Assembly: GCF_001194135.2 (NCBI RefSeq)
Contig: NC_068986.1
Coordinates: 100,273,231-100,337,230 of the forward strand
Direction: 5' to 3'
DNA length: 64,000 bases
DNA from: Octopus bimaculoides
Lineage: Eukaryota
Numbering within the stretch: position 1 is the first letter of the stretch; every line of letters begins with the position of its first letter. The translations under genes and the position numbers were made by a program. The notes under the pieces are model-generated. The model was not told where the DNA came from, made no database searches, and worked only from the letters and a program-made list of their open reading frames with translations. This document shows, one piece after another, positions 1 through 14,144 of the stretch.

Positions 1-699
1 AGACACACACTTATACGAACATACACATACATGCGCATTTCGAGGTGGAACTAAGTTGCACATATTTAATATGCTACTTGTTCTTTTCAGACAAATTACT
101 TTTGTTTATGGTGGCTGTCACTACCGTTGTATATCTAGTACTCAATGAAGCGATGCAGTTCATAGGATACAATAGCAAAACTGACTATGCATACCCGCTA
201 TTTGCTATATACAGCAATAGTACTACATATAAGAAAAGTAGAATGGTCGCATGTAAATATGAATACATATCATGCATACATATACGAACTTAGACAATCT
301 TGCTTGTGTATATATTAATGCTACATAAGTGCATTACACAGTCACACAAACACACACGCACACATGTAACGTGAGTCATTGATATACATATTGGAAGAAG
401 GAAAGACACACAAAGTCAGGCAGGTAATGAAAGAGTGAGAGAAGGGGTAGACAGATAGATACAGATACAGACTGAGTAAGAGAGAGGGAGAGAGAGCGGT
501 GTATATGAAATAGTGTTCCCGAAGAAGAAATTATGAAGGTAATTTTTGCATTCTATTTCCTAGACCGTAAGCATCATTCTCATATATTTGTTAAATGTGT
601 GTGTGTATATGTGCACGTATTCGTGTGTGTGTGTGTTTGTGCGCGAAAGTATGTACACAGAATCAAATACACAGGTGTGAACTAGATGAAGGAATGTTA

Positions 700-1290
700 A
701 CTTTGATAACTTGAATAACTCAGAGGTGTTTCGGCCAGTTATAGGCCCAGGCCATGTCTAACTTAATAGCACCACTTGGTGAAGTCTTTTAGTCATATAT
801 GGGGCACCATGGCCCACTCTAGCAAAGGGTTATTATTGTTGGGGACATATTCGGGTGTAGTACGTTGGTCCGGGTTTTTTGCAGAAATTTGTCCAGTGAA
901 CGTTTGAATTTTGTGGGATACGTTTCCGTTTTGACGTAGTTTGGTATGGTGGTAAAGAGAGCTGTCCCGGTTGAGGTAAAGTAATTGTGGCGTAACTTCG
1001 CTATGTGTCCTGAACTCGATTGTTGTAGTGGGCGGATAGCACGGCGGCCAGGTCTTCGATGGATATTAAATTTGATGTCGACATCATTTGTGGAATATTG
1101 ATGGAATATTTTCCACATCACATAAATGATGTAGCGCTCCCGGAGGCGTTGGAGAGAGTAGAGATTGAGTCTTTTTAGTCGACACCAATAGTAGAAGTTT
1201 GGTATATACTCAAACGTATTCATAAGTTTCTATGGGACTCCGATGTTGGACAGTTTCTTCAGCAGGATTTTGTGGTCGACTATCTATGTG
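700..1290 (-). mobile_element. CR1/L2-group LINE 3' fragment with internal deletion
   Basis: Minus frame reads VDHKILLKKLSNIGVP* (RT, just after DFxKAFD) then YWCRLKRLNLYSLQRLRERY...FKRSLDKFLQ (LINE ORF2 C-terminus). The 3' UTR ends in a GGCC..GGCC stem and short (AAGTTAT)-like tail repeats near 705-730. Confidence 0.8.
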
Positions 1291-1480
1291 AGCAAAACAC
1301 AGTGAAATAGTTGATAATAAACGAATTTAATTTAAGCATCAGCCATTTTTGAAATGGTGATAAATATTAAAAAAAAAAACACGTATACATGTTTGTTTTT
1401 GCTTGAAAGTCAAGTTACAAAAAACAACATAAAACAAAAAAAAAGCAGTTACATTTATTTGATGGATTACGGTATTCATA

Positions 1481-1700
1481 AGGTGTCGAGCTGGTAGAAT
1501 CGCTAGCACACTGGGCGAAAAGGTTCGCGGTATTATTTCGTCTGCTTTTACATTCTGAATTCAATTTCCGACCAGGTTGACTTTACTTTTCATCATTTCG
1601 AGGTCGATAAATTAAGTACCAGTTGCGTACTGGGTCGATCTAATCGACTGACCCCATCACACAAACTTTCGGGCCTTTTTCCGAGAGTAGAAAAGGATTA
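1481..1700 (+). mobile_element. tRNA-derived SINE, family A (central GGTCGACTTTGCCTTTCATCC...GATAAATTAAGTACC domain)
   Basis: Matches the other copies at 18412, 37257 and 53220; degenerate A/B boxes. Confidence 0.85.
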
Positions 1701-1873
1701 CTTTATTCATATTTTTGTAGAGTACAAATTTATTATTCTTAAATAGTCTCACAATGAAAAACTGGCCAAAACTTAGAAGTTACAGTCAATAATATACTCT
1801 TACTTTTAGTTGTTTTAGACAAGCGATGGTGGTGGGTGGGCGAACACAGATGCAGAAATATATGCACACATAC

Positions 1874-1905
<32 letters not shown>

Positions 1906-1964
1906 AACGGTATTATTTCAGTTTACATCTAGCAAATATTTGGATTGGACGGACTGGAGTTATA

Positions 1965-2050
1965 GCAGCAGACACTTGCTTAAGATGCCACGCAGTGTGA
2001 CTGAACCCGGGACCATATGGTTGGCAAGCAAGCTTCTTACCACACATCCA
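1965..2050 (-). mobile_element. CORE-type SINE (family B) head fragment
   Basis: Shares GACTGAACCCGG..CCAT.TGGTTGG.AAGCAAGC with 4290-4335 and 55640-55700. Confidence 0.75.
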
Positions 2051-2104
2051 CGCATGTGTCTACTTGTTTAAGAATAAAAAATAAGTATATGCTCACACAC
2101 ATAA

Positions 2105-2106
<2 letters not shown>

Positions 2107-2185
<79 letters not shown>
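2107..2185. repeat. (CA)n microsatellite
   Basis: Direct sequence. Confidence 0.95.
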
Positions 2186-2187
<2 letters not shown>

Positions 2188-3965
2188 AACAAACACACGC
2201 ACTCACAATATTTTGCGAACGTGTTTTTGCCACATTCGCAAATGAACAAATACATACTCAGCACAAATATGACACGAGATCGTGTGTATTCCTGCTCGAG
2301 TTCATATTTAGTAATCGTCTCCGTAGAGCATGTATGATCTCCTGTTTTCCTGATAATTATAATAGCCACAAGGTCTACGTAAGGTGGGCTGCGCTGTCAC
2401 ATGACTATTGACAGTGTTCAAAGGCAACATCCGTAAAGCGAGCATTTGTTTTGCATAATTTGTCTATTTCCATGTGAGTGAAGATTACAGAGAACTCAAT
2501 AGTGATGAATTTTGTATAGGAGCGTGGATTGCAGTAAAGGTAATAGCTGGTGTACGGAATACTGTGGGAGTTATAACGAAATTGTAGAATGCAGGCTTTG
2601 TGATATTAAAATTATAGAAGAATATAATAGTTTCGTAATCTCAATAACCATGTGGAATGACGATTTTCTACATGTGTGGCGACAACAGCAATTAGTCTGT
2701 CACAGACTCAGTTGCGGAAAAAGTCTACGATTCATTAAATCTTTTTTTCACGTCAATGGAATTTATGCAACTTATCTATGAAATAGGCAGTTTTCTCATT
2801 GTTAACGATAGTGTAGGCCATCACCGGCTTCCATAGATGATAATGGATGTCTACTGAAAGCGAAAGAGGTAAGCGTTACGAAGGTACGACGTTTGTATAG
2901 GTGAGGGTGAATCGCTATTTGGCAGCTGTGTATGTTCGGTGTGATATAATAGGCCTGCAAAATGAAAATCAAGGGGTGGATTTTTGTGTGATATAGTAAT
3001 GCGTTAGGAATAAAATAGGAAACAAATTTAGTATTTTCTTTGCAATATATAATTACTACCATTTATATAGAAACGAGCGAGAGTTATATCTCCGATATTT
3101 TGTTTTTACATCCACATGTAATATACATCACGTGTTCTTAAATAGATTATTATATTAATATAATTCTTACAAATGCAAAACGAAATGATTTTTCAAGATT
3201 TTGATCATTGATGTAACTTTATTTTTCTGGTATTATGTTTAATTTTCAAGGAATGCTTAACATTCCATGATTGTGAATGATAAATTGTTATCTTTAAAAT
3301 ATCATAACGTCATAATTTTTGTAAAAATAAAATCTTGGTTTTCGCATGTTGTGTTTATTAGCGTAGCTTTCCAAAGATAATTTCAGTATTTTCCCCAAGA
3401 TAATTTTACTATTTTTACCAAAAGTAATTTTACTATTTTTCACAAAGATAATTTTATAATTTTTTCCCTAATTCATTGCATTGAAAACCGTCTTCTTGAG
3501 TTCTATTTTTAAAAGTTTCTATGTTTTCTGAAGATTTTTTTTTCTCTCAGCTGTTAAATGTTTGAAATCTGAAATAAATTATTACAGGAATTTACCAAAA
3601 ACTTGTTAAGTTAGAAATATTTGATTTGATAGAAATTTGTTATGATTTTTGTAATGCTATATTTAAAACGGATAGTGGCAAATATGATATTATGAAGCCT
3701 ACGCTTCAAGTTTGACCTTTCCTTATCCCGCAGTGGTATCTATGTTTTATTTCTATAGTTGCTGCTAGAGCATTTAAAAGCTATATATGTTGTAACACTC
3801 AATGGATTCAAGTTTGAAGCTCACTACGGTAATCCGTCATTAATTGACAGATCAGAAAATCATTTATCAGACAGCTGAGTGATGGTTTTAAGTCAATTTA
3901 TGCTACAATTTAGACGTAGAAAAGTATTTTTAAATGAACGCTCAGTAGGTTACTCTCTTTACTCT

Positions 3966-4335
3966 TTACTCTCTTACTTGTTTCAGTCATTTGACTGCGG
4001 CCATGTTGGAGCACCGCCTCTAGTCGAGCAAATGGACTTCAGGATGTACTCTTTGTAACGCTAGTACTTATTCTATCGGTCTCTTTTGCCGAACCACTAA
4101 GTAATGGGGACGTAAACACACCAGCATCGGTTGTAAAGCGATGTTGCAGGGGACAAACACATACACACATACACACACACATACATATATATACATATAT
4201 ATACGTCGGGCTTCTTCCAGTTTCCGTCTACCAAATCCACTCACAAGGCTTTGGTCGGTCCGAGTCTATAGTAGAATACACTTGCCCAAGGTGCCACGCA
4301 GTGGGACTGAACCCGGAACCATGTGGTTGGTAAGC
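3966..4335 (-). mobile_element. CORE-type tRNA-derived SINE (family B), near full length, internal (CA/TA)n
   Basis: Minus strand has B box GGTTCAGTCCC, CORE-like GGCACCTTGGGCAAGTG, and tail ending AAATGACTGAAACAAGTAAGAG. Confidence 0.85.
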
Positions 4336-4339
4336 AAGC

Positions 4340-4600
4340 TACTTATATATGTTGGAATCACTTGTCAAAGACGACTTATATCAAATGTAGCGCCCTGCGC
4401 ATTAGCCCATTACTTCCATCATATCGACAATGCCTATACAGGGGTTCAACTGTTCCACACGTTGGCTGTTATCGAAATGACTGGAGGACAACGTGGAATG
4501 GAATATGTTGGTCAATACCTCATAGCGAAATCCAGTCCTAGAATCGAACCCACGATCTAGCGATCATGAATGCAACACCCTAACCGCTAGGCCAAGCATG
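4340..4600 (-). mobile_element. tRNA-derived SINE (family C), abutting the truncated head of the family-B copy
   Basis: Minus strand A box TGGCCTAGCGG and B box GGTTCGATTC at 4530-4595. Confidence 0.6.
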
Positions 4601-5867
4601 CGGGCGTACACGCACACACACATCTATATACAGATATCTATATATTTACGTATATCTTTTTTGTGAAGGCCAGTTTAAATTTGTGCTTGTGTTTATAATG
4701 GAAGCCTTCTGCTATGAATTATTTAGTTGTTTATCGTTCCATCTCAGGACAATAAGTGCAATTGCAAAGTTGGATTATATAACATATTTATCGTGTGAAA
4801 TCGGCTAAATCCTTCGGATCTTATCCTCAGGGCACCGCACTAAATGTTGACGAGTGAAACGAAGAATATTTTCGCTTGAATAAGGATCGTAAATCAGATA
4901 AACAACATACGTATATGAAGCGCATATCTATTGAAACCTAGGATACCAATCATACTTGTGTTACACTGACTTATGATTTATCTCCACAGAGGCCTCTGTA
5001 AATTCTAATATAAATGTACTCTGTAACTCACAGATAGTTAAATTACCAGGAAGACATTACATTCATGTACGTATGCACGCTAACTTTCTCTTACATAGAA
5101 CATTGTTAAAATATATCTATTATTATTGCCTTTGCTGTTAATAATTCCTGTCGTAACTTCTGGCCAAGCTTGTGCTTGATGTTTGCTTTAAAATTTACCT
5201 TCGTATACACATATAAACATCCCCATGTACTGTGATTTCACAAAGTTTTATAATATCAAAATGGCGTGTGTTTCTTTTTTTTTCTTCCCTTTGACGTTTA
5301 CAAAGTAGGAATCTATAATCTCACAAAGGAAGCGAAATTAGATTAACCATATTCTTGTGGTAAATTTTACTTAAACAACGGAGCAGTGAAATACTGTCTA
5401 TCGTGATATTTGGAATTACGAAAGTTGAAGTTAGGAATGTGACACTGAATGCTAAACGATGTTTTGATATTCTCAACTGACATTGAAATAAATAACTCTA
5501 GAATACTCAATAATTTACTTCTTGACTAATAAGCTGCACTAATATCTTGTCTACAAAACTGTAGTACTGAAAAAAAATCTTTTTATCTGTCGATACAAAT
5601 TTGCTCCTGTACTTCTGTACTGTTGTACAGAGAATTAAATAGTCAATTATTAATTATTAGTGGAATATATTGAATTATTAATTATTTAAGTAAAGTAATT
5701 ATTGCATCAATTATTAAATCTACAACCAGAAGAGATATTGCAAGATATTTTAAATCTCTTGATATAGATTTAGAAACAAATTACTATTTCATAGATATTT
5801 ACAATGATGTGAAATATACTTGTGCTATTGTTAACATTACTGTTGTTGTTATTATTATGGCGGCGTA

Positions 5868-6225
5868 AGGAGGCGACCTGGTTGAGTCGTTACCACACCG
5901 GGTGAAATGCTTAGCGGTATTTCGCCTGTCGTTACGTTTTGAGTTCAGATCTTTGCTTTCAACGTTTCGAGTCGATAAATAAAGTACCAGTAAAACACTG
6001 GGTCAATGTAATCGACTTATCCTCTCCCCCAAAATGGCTCTCCTTGTGACAAAATCTGAATCCATTATTAATAAGGCAGCGAACTGGCAGAATCGATATA
6101 GTATAGGACATAATGCTTAGCGGTATTACTTCCGGTTCTGTATTTTCTGAACTCAAATCCCATCAATTTCAACTATGACTTTCTGAGTTAATAAAATAAG
6201 GTATCAGTCAAGTACCTAGATTAAT
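5868..6225 (+). mobile_element. Two tandem degenerate family-A SINEs
   Basis: Heads AAGGAGGCGACCTGG (about 5868) and AAGGCAGCGAACTGGCAGAATC (6073), each followed by AATGCTTAGCGGTATT. Confidence 0.75.
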
Positions 6226-6399
6226 TTACCTCTAATCAAAATGCATGTATTATTTCAAAATTAGAGTGGTTTGGTATCATTATAATTGTTGTTGTTGCTG
6301 TTATGTTGCTTCACGGCATTGGTGTTGCGTCCGGTTTAATTATACGTTCTATCGAACCACGACTCGTGAGCTATGATGAGAAACATTTCGTACCTTCTA

Positions 6400-6640
6400 T
6401 ATAAGCGTTTATATACACTTTTTCTTCTCATGCTGTATTAAAGGGAGTCTGACTGATTCTTTCTGAGTCCTGTATACACGTTTTCTTAATGCTCCTACTT
6501 CGACATTAAAATAACGATTTCCAGGGTTGGTTCTCACATACTTTGTCATTATTCCCAAGATCCCAGTGATAATTGGCAGGACCATGATCTTGTTCAATTC
6601 TTTATTTGACGATACCATTCTTCATGTTGGTATAATACTC
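6400..6640 (-). mobile_element. Possible very degenerate R4/Dong C-terminal fragment
   Basis: MVLPIITGILGIMTK resembles the V.P(I/V)IIGALG motif of the R4/Dong C-terminus; weak match. Confidence 0.3.
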
Positions 6641-7279
6641 TTCGTGTTCATCTTTTTTTACTCTGATGTCAAATAGTCACGCTATACGGCCGTTGGCCAG
6701 AAGATTAGTGACTCATTTAATATATAAAAGAAAGTTCAAGTCGTTTCTGTCATTTCCATCCCATACATTACAGAATAATCATAATTCCGTATCAATTCGT
6801 AATTCCAAATACGCTGTTTACATTGTAAATTCAGCCTTAAATGAGATATAGTCAACCATATCAAGAGAGCAGATACGGATGTTCTATGGGAATTTATGAG
6901 ATATTTTAAGTACAACGACTAGAATAACCTAATTAATAGCAGATTAGACCTAAAGGTATCCTGCGTGCATAGCATCACCCGCACATTTAAATATTTTGGA
7001 AACATGATATTACACTCATCATACATTGAATTTCATGGTAGAAATTATCTGGAGCGTCATATCTTTCATAACAAACCATCTAGTGTAGGAAGTTAAATAT
7101 TATATATAATATTGCCCTCCTATAACCCCTACCAGGTTAGTCTGCATTCACTCCTACGGTGATTACATTGTTTTCCCTTCAATTCCAAGATTGTCTTCCC
7201 TATCAGTCAGAATAGGTATTTTTATTTTGAGTTATGAGATCGTACGCATCTATTAGTTTTACGTCGCAATACTGCATAG

Positions 7280-7512
7280 TGGTTGTGTGAGCTGCGAATC
7301 GTTGTCGCCTCTGTTATATCGCACGTGCGGATGACCTGTACTCAACGCTCACTTCCGACGACTCGACTCTACCGAACTCGAACGTATAGTCTACCGACGG
7401 CTCCGTCTCGTTCTCTTGCTCTTCCGCTCTTGCGCTCTGCTCCACGCTTTTCGCCTAGCTATTTATACGTATTGGACTAGTCTACTTATCACCTGGGGGC
7501 GTCCACACAACA
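7280..7512 (-). mobile_element. Probable solo LTR
   Basis: TG...CA ends with terminal inverted GTTGTGTG/CACACAAC, flanks CATAG/CTTAG (5 bp, 1 mismatch), TATAAATA on the minus strand, CpG-rich. Confidence 0.55.
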
Positions 7513-7865
7513 CTTAGGTATACTCTCTACCCTTTGGGAACTATATAGTTCAACATACATCAGTACCTTTAATATTATATTTTCTAAAATCGCATGCAGT
7601 GGTATCCTCATCTTTATCTATTTCTTAATTTGCATTGTTAGGAATACCTCGATCTATCCTTATCATTTATTTACTTATTATTATTATTCCTTTCTTTCTT
7701 CGCATTAGTTTTATTGTTTATTTTACCTTTATTTGTTGGCCTTTACATCTCCTTATATCCAATATGTATCTTATAGCTTCAGCAAGCAAAACAAAATTTA
7801 ATCCAACGTCTATTTTTTTCATTTTATAAGTCCCTTATCGAAATTTTATGGATATATACAATATA

Positions 7866-7927
<62 letters not shown>

Positions 7928-10189
7928 GAAAAACTGCTGTCCGGACAGTTTTCTTCTAGGCACTCGATAATATTCCCACATTTGATTCCCAGTTTAATAC
8001 TTTTTATGATATTTCAGGTCTAATTATTTCCTTGTATTATAGTGCTCACTTGCTTAGTAAATATTGCTTTCATTATTTTATCACAGTCATAATCTCTTTT
8101 TTTTAAAACAAACTTCAAGGTTGCCCAGTTAAGTTTAATGTGTGAAAAATAGCAGCGATCAATTTGAGATATTTTAATACCTATAGCATATCAAATAACG
8201 ATAATAACAAATTGACTGGGTAATTCTTAGATAACGACTGAAAGGAAATAAGTGACATGATTTCCAAACTTCAGTAAGTTTTAATAAATTGTCGAATATA
8301 ATTTATTTCAGTAAATATAAACAATTAACCGAGGGCTTTTGCACAGCGAATTTAAGACAACAAAATATCTGATTTTCTCATCTAAAAAAAAAAAATAAAA
8401 ATAAAAGATGAAATGAAAACAAATTGCAATGAATATCTATTAAGTAGATTATTATCAATGAAAACAATTGGAGGCGGTAAAGAGAGAAAGTGAGACACTG
8501 TGTTGCAAGTGAAAAGGAAAAGAAATGCCAGAACGTATTAATATTGTTTATCAAATGTTAAAACCTACTCTGCAATGAACGTAAAGCTTGGCAACGAATA
8601 CTTTAAATTTGTGATAGTAAACAATAACAGATGATTCGAAAGTGCCTTTTTACCGATATGTATTAACAGAGGAACTTGTAAAAAATTTCCAGAGGGTCGA
8701 ACCTAAAATATGCCTGTTATTGAGGTGAGACTAACTAACAAACATCACAGAAATTTATATGTAGATATATAGCTGAGCCAACCTGTTATATATATTTATC
8801 ATTAATAATTGGTAGAACTTACATAGGTGCGCATAGCTAGATAGCAAGCTACCTAGCTAGCTAGATGGATGGATACATGCAGAAACACAGATACACAGAC
8901 GCAATCACAGACACACACACACACACACACACACAAACAAATCTGGTGCTGAGAGAACACCCGGCAATGGTGTTTCCTTACTTTCTCAAATATACCCAAA
9001 TATAAATGATCTCATATAACGATATCATTGATTCGGCATATGTTGAAATATGCCAAAATTACTTTACATATCATTTATGTGTTAACTCTATTTACTGAGA
9101 CTTGCTAAAAAGCCTATGTTGCCTTAAAGTAGTATCTCCTTATAGACACAATTGTCAGTAATCATTCTGTTTCCATTTNNNNNNNNNNNNNNNNNNNNNN
9201 NNNNNNNNNNNNNNNNNNNNNNNNNNNNNNNNNNNNNNNNNNNNNNNNNNNNNNNNNNNNNNNNNNNNNNNNNNNNNNNNNNNNNNNNNNNNNNNNNNNN
9301 NNNNNNNNNNNNNNNNNNNNNNNNNNNNNNNNNNNNNNNNNNNNNNNNNNNNNNNNNNNNNNNNNNNNNNNNNNNNNNNNNNNNNNNNNNNNNNNNNNNN
9401 NNNNNNNNNNNNNNNNNNNNNNNNNNNNNNNNNNNNNNNNNNNNNNNNNNNNNNNNNNNNNNNNNNNNNNNNNNNNNNNNNNNNNNNNNNNNNNNNNNNN
9501 NNNNNNNNNNNNNNNNNNNNNNNNNNNNNNNNNNNNNNNNNNNNNNNNNNNNNNNNNNNNNNNNNNNNNNNNNNNNNNNNNNNNNNNNNNNNNNNNNNNN
9601 NNNNNNNNNNNNNNNNNNNNNNNNNNNNNNNNNNNNNNNNNNNNNNNNNNNNNNNNNNNNNNNNNNNNNNNNNNNNNNNNNNNNNNNNNNNNNNNNNNNN
9701 NNNNNNNNNNNNNNNNNNNNNNNNNNNNNNNNNNNNNNNNNNNNNNNNNNNNNNNNNNNNNNNNNNNNNNNNNNNNNNNNNNNNNNNNNNNNNNNNNNNN
9801 NNNNNNNNNNNNNNNNNNNNNNNNNNNNNNNNNNNNNNNNNNNNNNNNNNNNNNNNNNNNNNNNNNNNNNNNNNNNNNNNNNNNNNNNNNNNNNNNNNNN
9901 NNNNNNNNNNNNNNNNNNNNNNNNNNNNNNNNNNNNNNNNNNNNNNNNNNNNNNNNNNNNNNNNNNNNNNNNNNNNNNNNNNNNNNNNNNNNNNNNNNNN
10001 NNNNNNNNNNNNNNNNNNNNNNNNNNNNNNNNNNNNNNNNNNNNNNNNNNNNNNNNNNNNNNNNNNNNNNNNNNNNNNNNNNNNNNNNNNNNNNNNNNNN
10101 NNNNNNNNNNNNNNNNNNNNNNNNNNNNNNNNNNNNNNNNNNNNNNNNNNNNNNNNNNNNNCACACACACACACACACACACACATACA

Positions 10190-10225
<36 letters not shown>

Positions 10226-11896
10226 CATACCCACAAGCACAAAGTAATAAATATCTCGTGTGATATTTAATATCATAATAATATTATGTTTATGAAAAAA
10301 TGTACTTATGGTGTACGTTTATGTATACTATACAACATTATGCTATATTATTAGTAGTAGTCGTTATATGTTTATACCTGTTCCCTCCCTAACTTAAGTA
10401 ATGTCTTGATAATTCTTACCACCATTTGTATAATGTCCTAGTAGGGGCTTCTCTTTAATTCATTCCCTACATAGGTTTATACCTTTATGGATAGTAAAGA
10501 TTTTCTGTATATGTGTGAGTGTTTATGTGTATGTGAGTGTGTATATGCATGTATTAGGTATGGATATATGTATGTATGCATATATGTATGTATGTATGCA
10601 TGTATATATATATATATATATATNNNNNNNNNNNNNNNNNNNNNNNNNNNNNNNNNNNNNNNNNNNNNNNNNNNNNNNNNNNNNNNNNNNNNNNNNNNNN
10701 NNNNNNNNNNNNNNNNNNNNNNNNNNNNNNNNNNNNNNNNNNNNNNNNNNNNNNNNNNNNNNNNNNNNNNNNNNNNNNNNNNNNNNNNNNNNNNNNNNNN
10801 NNNNNNNNNNNNNNNNNNNNNNNNNNNNNNNNNNNNNNNNNNNNNNNNNNNNNNNNNNNNNNNNNNNNNNNNNNNNNNNNNNNNNNNNNNNNNNNNNNNN
10901 NNNNNNNNNNNNNNNNNNNNNNNNNNNNNNNNNNNNNNNNNNNNNNNNNNNNNNNNNNNNNNNNNNNNNNNNNNNNNNNNNNNNNNNNNNNNNNNNNNNN
11001 NNNNNNNNNNNNNNNNNNNNNNNNNNNNNNNNNNNNNNNNNNNNNNNNNNNNNNNNNNNNNNNNNNNNNNNNNNNNNNNNNNNNNNNNNNNNNNNNNNNN
11101 NNNNNNNNNNNNNNNNNNNNNNNNNNNNNNNNNNNNNNNNNNNNNNNNNNNNNNNNNNNNNNNNNNNNNNNNNNNNNNNNNNNNNNNNNNTATATATATA
11201 TATACATACATATTTGGGAGTATATGTATGTATCTATGTAAACTTAGAGACATACGTAAACGTATATATTGTATATTTATATGGCCTTCACAATGACATT
11301 GAACTAAGGTCAACTTTATGAGAACTCACCTAACGCAAAACGTAGTAGTATAATGAACATTATCCAGAATTGCAATGATAGACGTTTGTTTAAATATTTG
11401 TTTATAGTCATCAAAAAGAGAAAGAAAACATGTTCAAACGTATTTGAAAAATGCATTACCTGGAAAGTGCAAACTTATTCGGTTGTTATGTATCCATCGA
11501 TTCAATACTCATATTCTTGTACATCTCCAGGTTATTTCTCTCTAATAAATTCCATCTGTATATTCTTCGCATTTTGACACGTATGAGCATAGCCACATAA
11601 AACACAGTATGCAGAATCGTTTGCACATAAATTTGTGTATGTTTGTTTAAATTTCCTTTGGTGTATTGAAGTTATTGTTACGAGGAAAGGCATGAAATAT
11701 TAAATGAATCCAATTCCCTTTTTTACTATAAAACTAAATGTTTATAAATAATGCATGAATTTTTTCAAAATGTATTTCGCATATTTCAAACGAATTTCAT
11801 ATCTTTCAGCAATCACGAAACTTTTACTCAGTAGGGAATGCAGGGCAATTTTTGTTCTCTTTCCTTCAAATGATGTTTTTTCTCCAAAAATTCATA

Positions 11897-11939
<43 letters not shown>

Positions 11940-11955
11940 GTTATTATTATTTATT
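11897..11955. repeat. (TAT)n microsatellite
   Basis: Direct sequence. Confidence 0.95.
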
Positions 11956-12208
11956 GATGTTATAGAATATTTCATGAAACTATTCTCTTACAAGTTGATT
12001 CACATCGCATGTATCCAGGTAAAGATAAGGGTTCCCATCTATCAACATAAGTATATAACAAATTCAAGTACCCTGAAAATCTGAAAAACACAAATATACA
12101 TACCAAATGCATAATACATTATGTATGTGTTTAATGATTCTACATATTTATACACGCATATATATATAACGTATATGTGTGTGTGTGTATATATAGACAT
12201 ACACACAC

Positions 12209-12257
<49 letters not shown>

Positions 12258-12387
12258 ACATATATATATATATATATATATATATTCGTGTACAATGGAC
12301 ACAATGGGAGATAGGGAAAGAAGTGATTTATGTGTAAGGATATGCAAATGGATCTTCTAGTTTCTTCTACAACATATTTACGTTTTA

Positions 12388-12388
12388 T

Positions 12389-12419
<31 letters not shown>

Positions 12420-12457
12420 GCAACAGCACTACCACCACCACCACCACCACCACCACC

Positions 12458-12498
<41 letters not shown>
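12388..12498. repeat. Compound microsatellite (AAC)n(CAC)n(AAT)n
   Basis: Direct sequence. Confidence 0.95.
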
Positions 12499-12501
<3 letters not shown>

Positions 12502-12839
12502 AATTTAATGACAATAATAATACTATGACAGTAATAGTGATATTGAATTTTTGAGATCACAAGGAAAATATATATTTTAACCCTTTTTGAAGATAGTGCT
12601 TTTGGAAAATAGCTTTATTTGTATCATAAAATTGCATTATCCGAATCGTAAGCCACAACACATTAAGATAGGCAAAGTAGCTTGTTAACAACATGCATAA
12701 AAACATATTCCAAGTATTCGTGCGTTATAAAATTCCATGTTTACACATTGCCATTTGCTTGTTTCCTTCTAAGCTTCAAAAGACTTGTTATGGATATGAC
12801 ATTTGAGATATCCACAAGAAGAACGGCAAGATAAATGCG

Positions 12840-12894
<55 letters not shown>

Positions 12895-13675
12895 CGTGCG
12901 TTAAATTTATCTCCTATGTTTACTTCTATTTACAGAAAATAGTAATGGCATTTTATCTTCATTCCTAAAACTCTACTATATCTATCACGCTCTCCATTTA
13001 TATTATGATTATTGCACATTGAAAATATAGATGCTAATAGGTTATCAAATGGATTGAAATCTTAGATTTCTTTGAAACGAGACCGGCATCAGGTTTAGGA
13101 ATCTATCCCTGTTCATCTGTGTACTCGACGTGTTCAGAATAAAGACTAAATCTCTTTCAAATGATAAACAATTTAAAAAAAAATAAAAATGGCATTGGCT
13201 ATGTAGTCATATGTACATAATGCTGCAAGTAATGAATGACTGTTGGATCACAGCAGGAGTGATTTGATAACTTGTATATTCGATGAACAACTGGTAGGAA
13301 AAAAAAAATATGGAAGCATTTTTGTGCCTGTCATTTCTAGAGTTGTTCAAGAACTGAACATCGTTTCTTAGAGACATTTCATCGATGAAAGCGTTTTGAC
13401 AGCTACGAGATGCATAATCCTCAATGAGCTTCCTGTATTAATATGCGAAAACTGGATGTATTGGAAACAAGGTCCGGAGTATGCATATTTAATTAAAATT
13501 CTCAAACGCTGCATGAACAATTTTGATCTGTTTTTGGATTTGTATCATATGAATCATTCAATATTATTTATATAACTTTATAAATAATAATATAAAATAT
13601 AATTATATTAGCCTGAACGGAAAACTTCCGACATTCCAAGAGAGAGTAATGTGAGTATAATAAAACGTTGTTTCG

Positions 13676-14045
13676 TGGAGGCACAATGGCCCAGTGGTTA
13701 GCCCAGTGGTTAGGATCGCAGTTTCGATTCCCAGACGGGGCGTTGTGAGTGTTTATTGAGCGAAAACACCTAAAGCTCCACGAGGCTCCGGCAGGGGATG
13801 GTGGTGAGCCCTGCTGTACTCTTCTACCACAACTTTCTCTCACTCTTACGTCCTGTTCCTGTTGTTCCTGTAATTCAAAGAGCTAGCCTTGTCACACTGT
13901 GTCACGCTGAATATCCCCGAGAACTACGTTAAGGGTACACGTGTCTGTGGAGTGCTCAGCCACTTGCACGTTAATTTCACGAGCAGGCTGTTTCGTTGAT
14001 CGGATCAACTGGAACCCTCGACGTCGTAAACGACGGAGTGCCAAC
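13676..14045 (+). mobile_element. tRNA-derived SINE (family D, resembling octopus OR-type SINEs as recalled)
   Basis: A box TGGCCCAGTGG (locally duplicated), B box GTTTCGATTCC, about 370-bp body, followed by CA repeats. Confidence 0.75.
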
Positions 14046-14108
14046 ACACACAACGTTGTTTCAAATAAAAAGTAACGCTTGTGACACACACACACACGCA
14101 CACACGCG

Positions 14109-14144
<36 letters not shown>

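Noticed and set aside
3370-3470. About 23-bp imperfect tandem repeat, CRISPR-like at a glance
   Set aside because: No unique spacers and eukaryotic context; ordinary AT-rich minisatellite.
9124-11321. Long ORFs of 200-370 aa (also around 39.5k, 42k, 43.7k, 46.4k, 48k and 61k)
   Set aside because: They are open only because they span N gaps and dinucleotide repeats.
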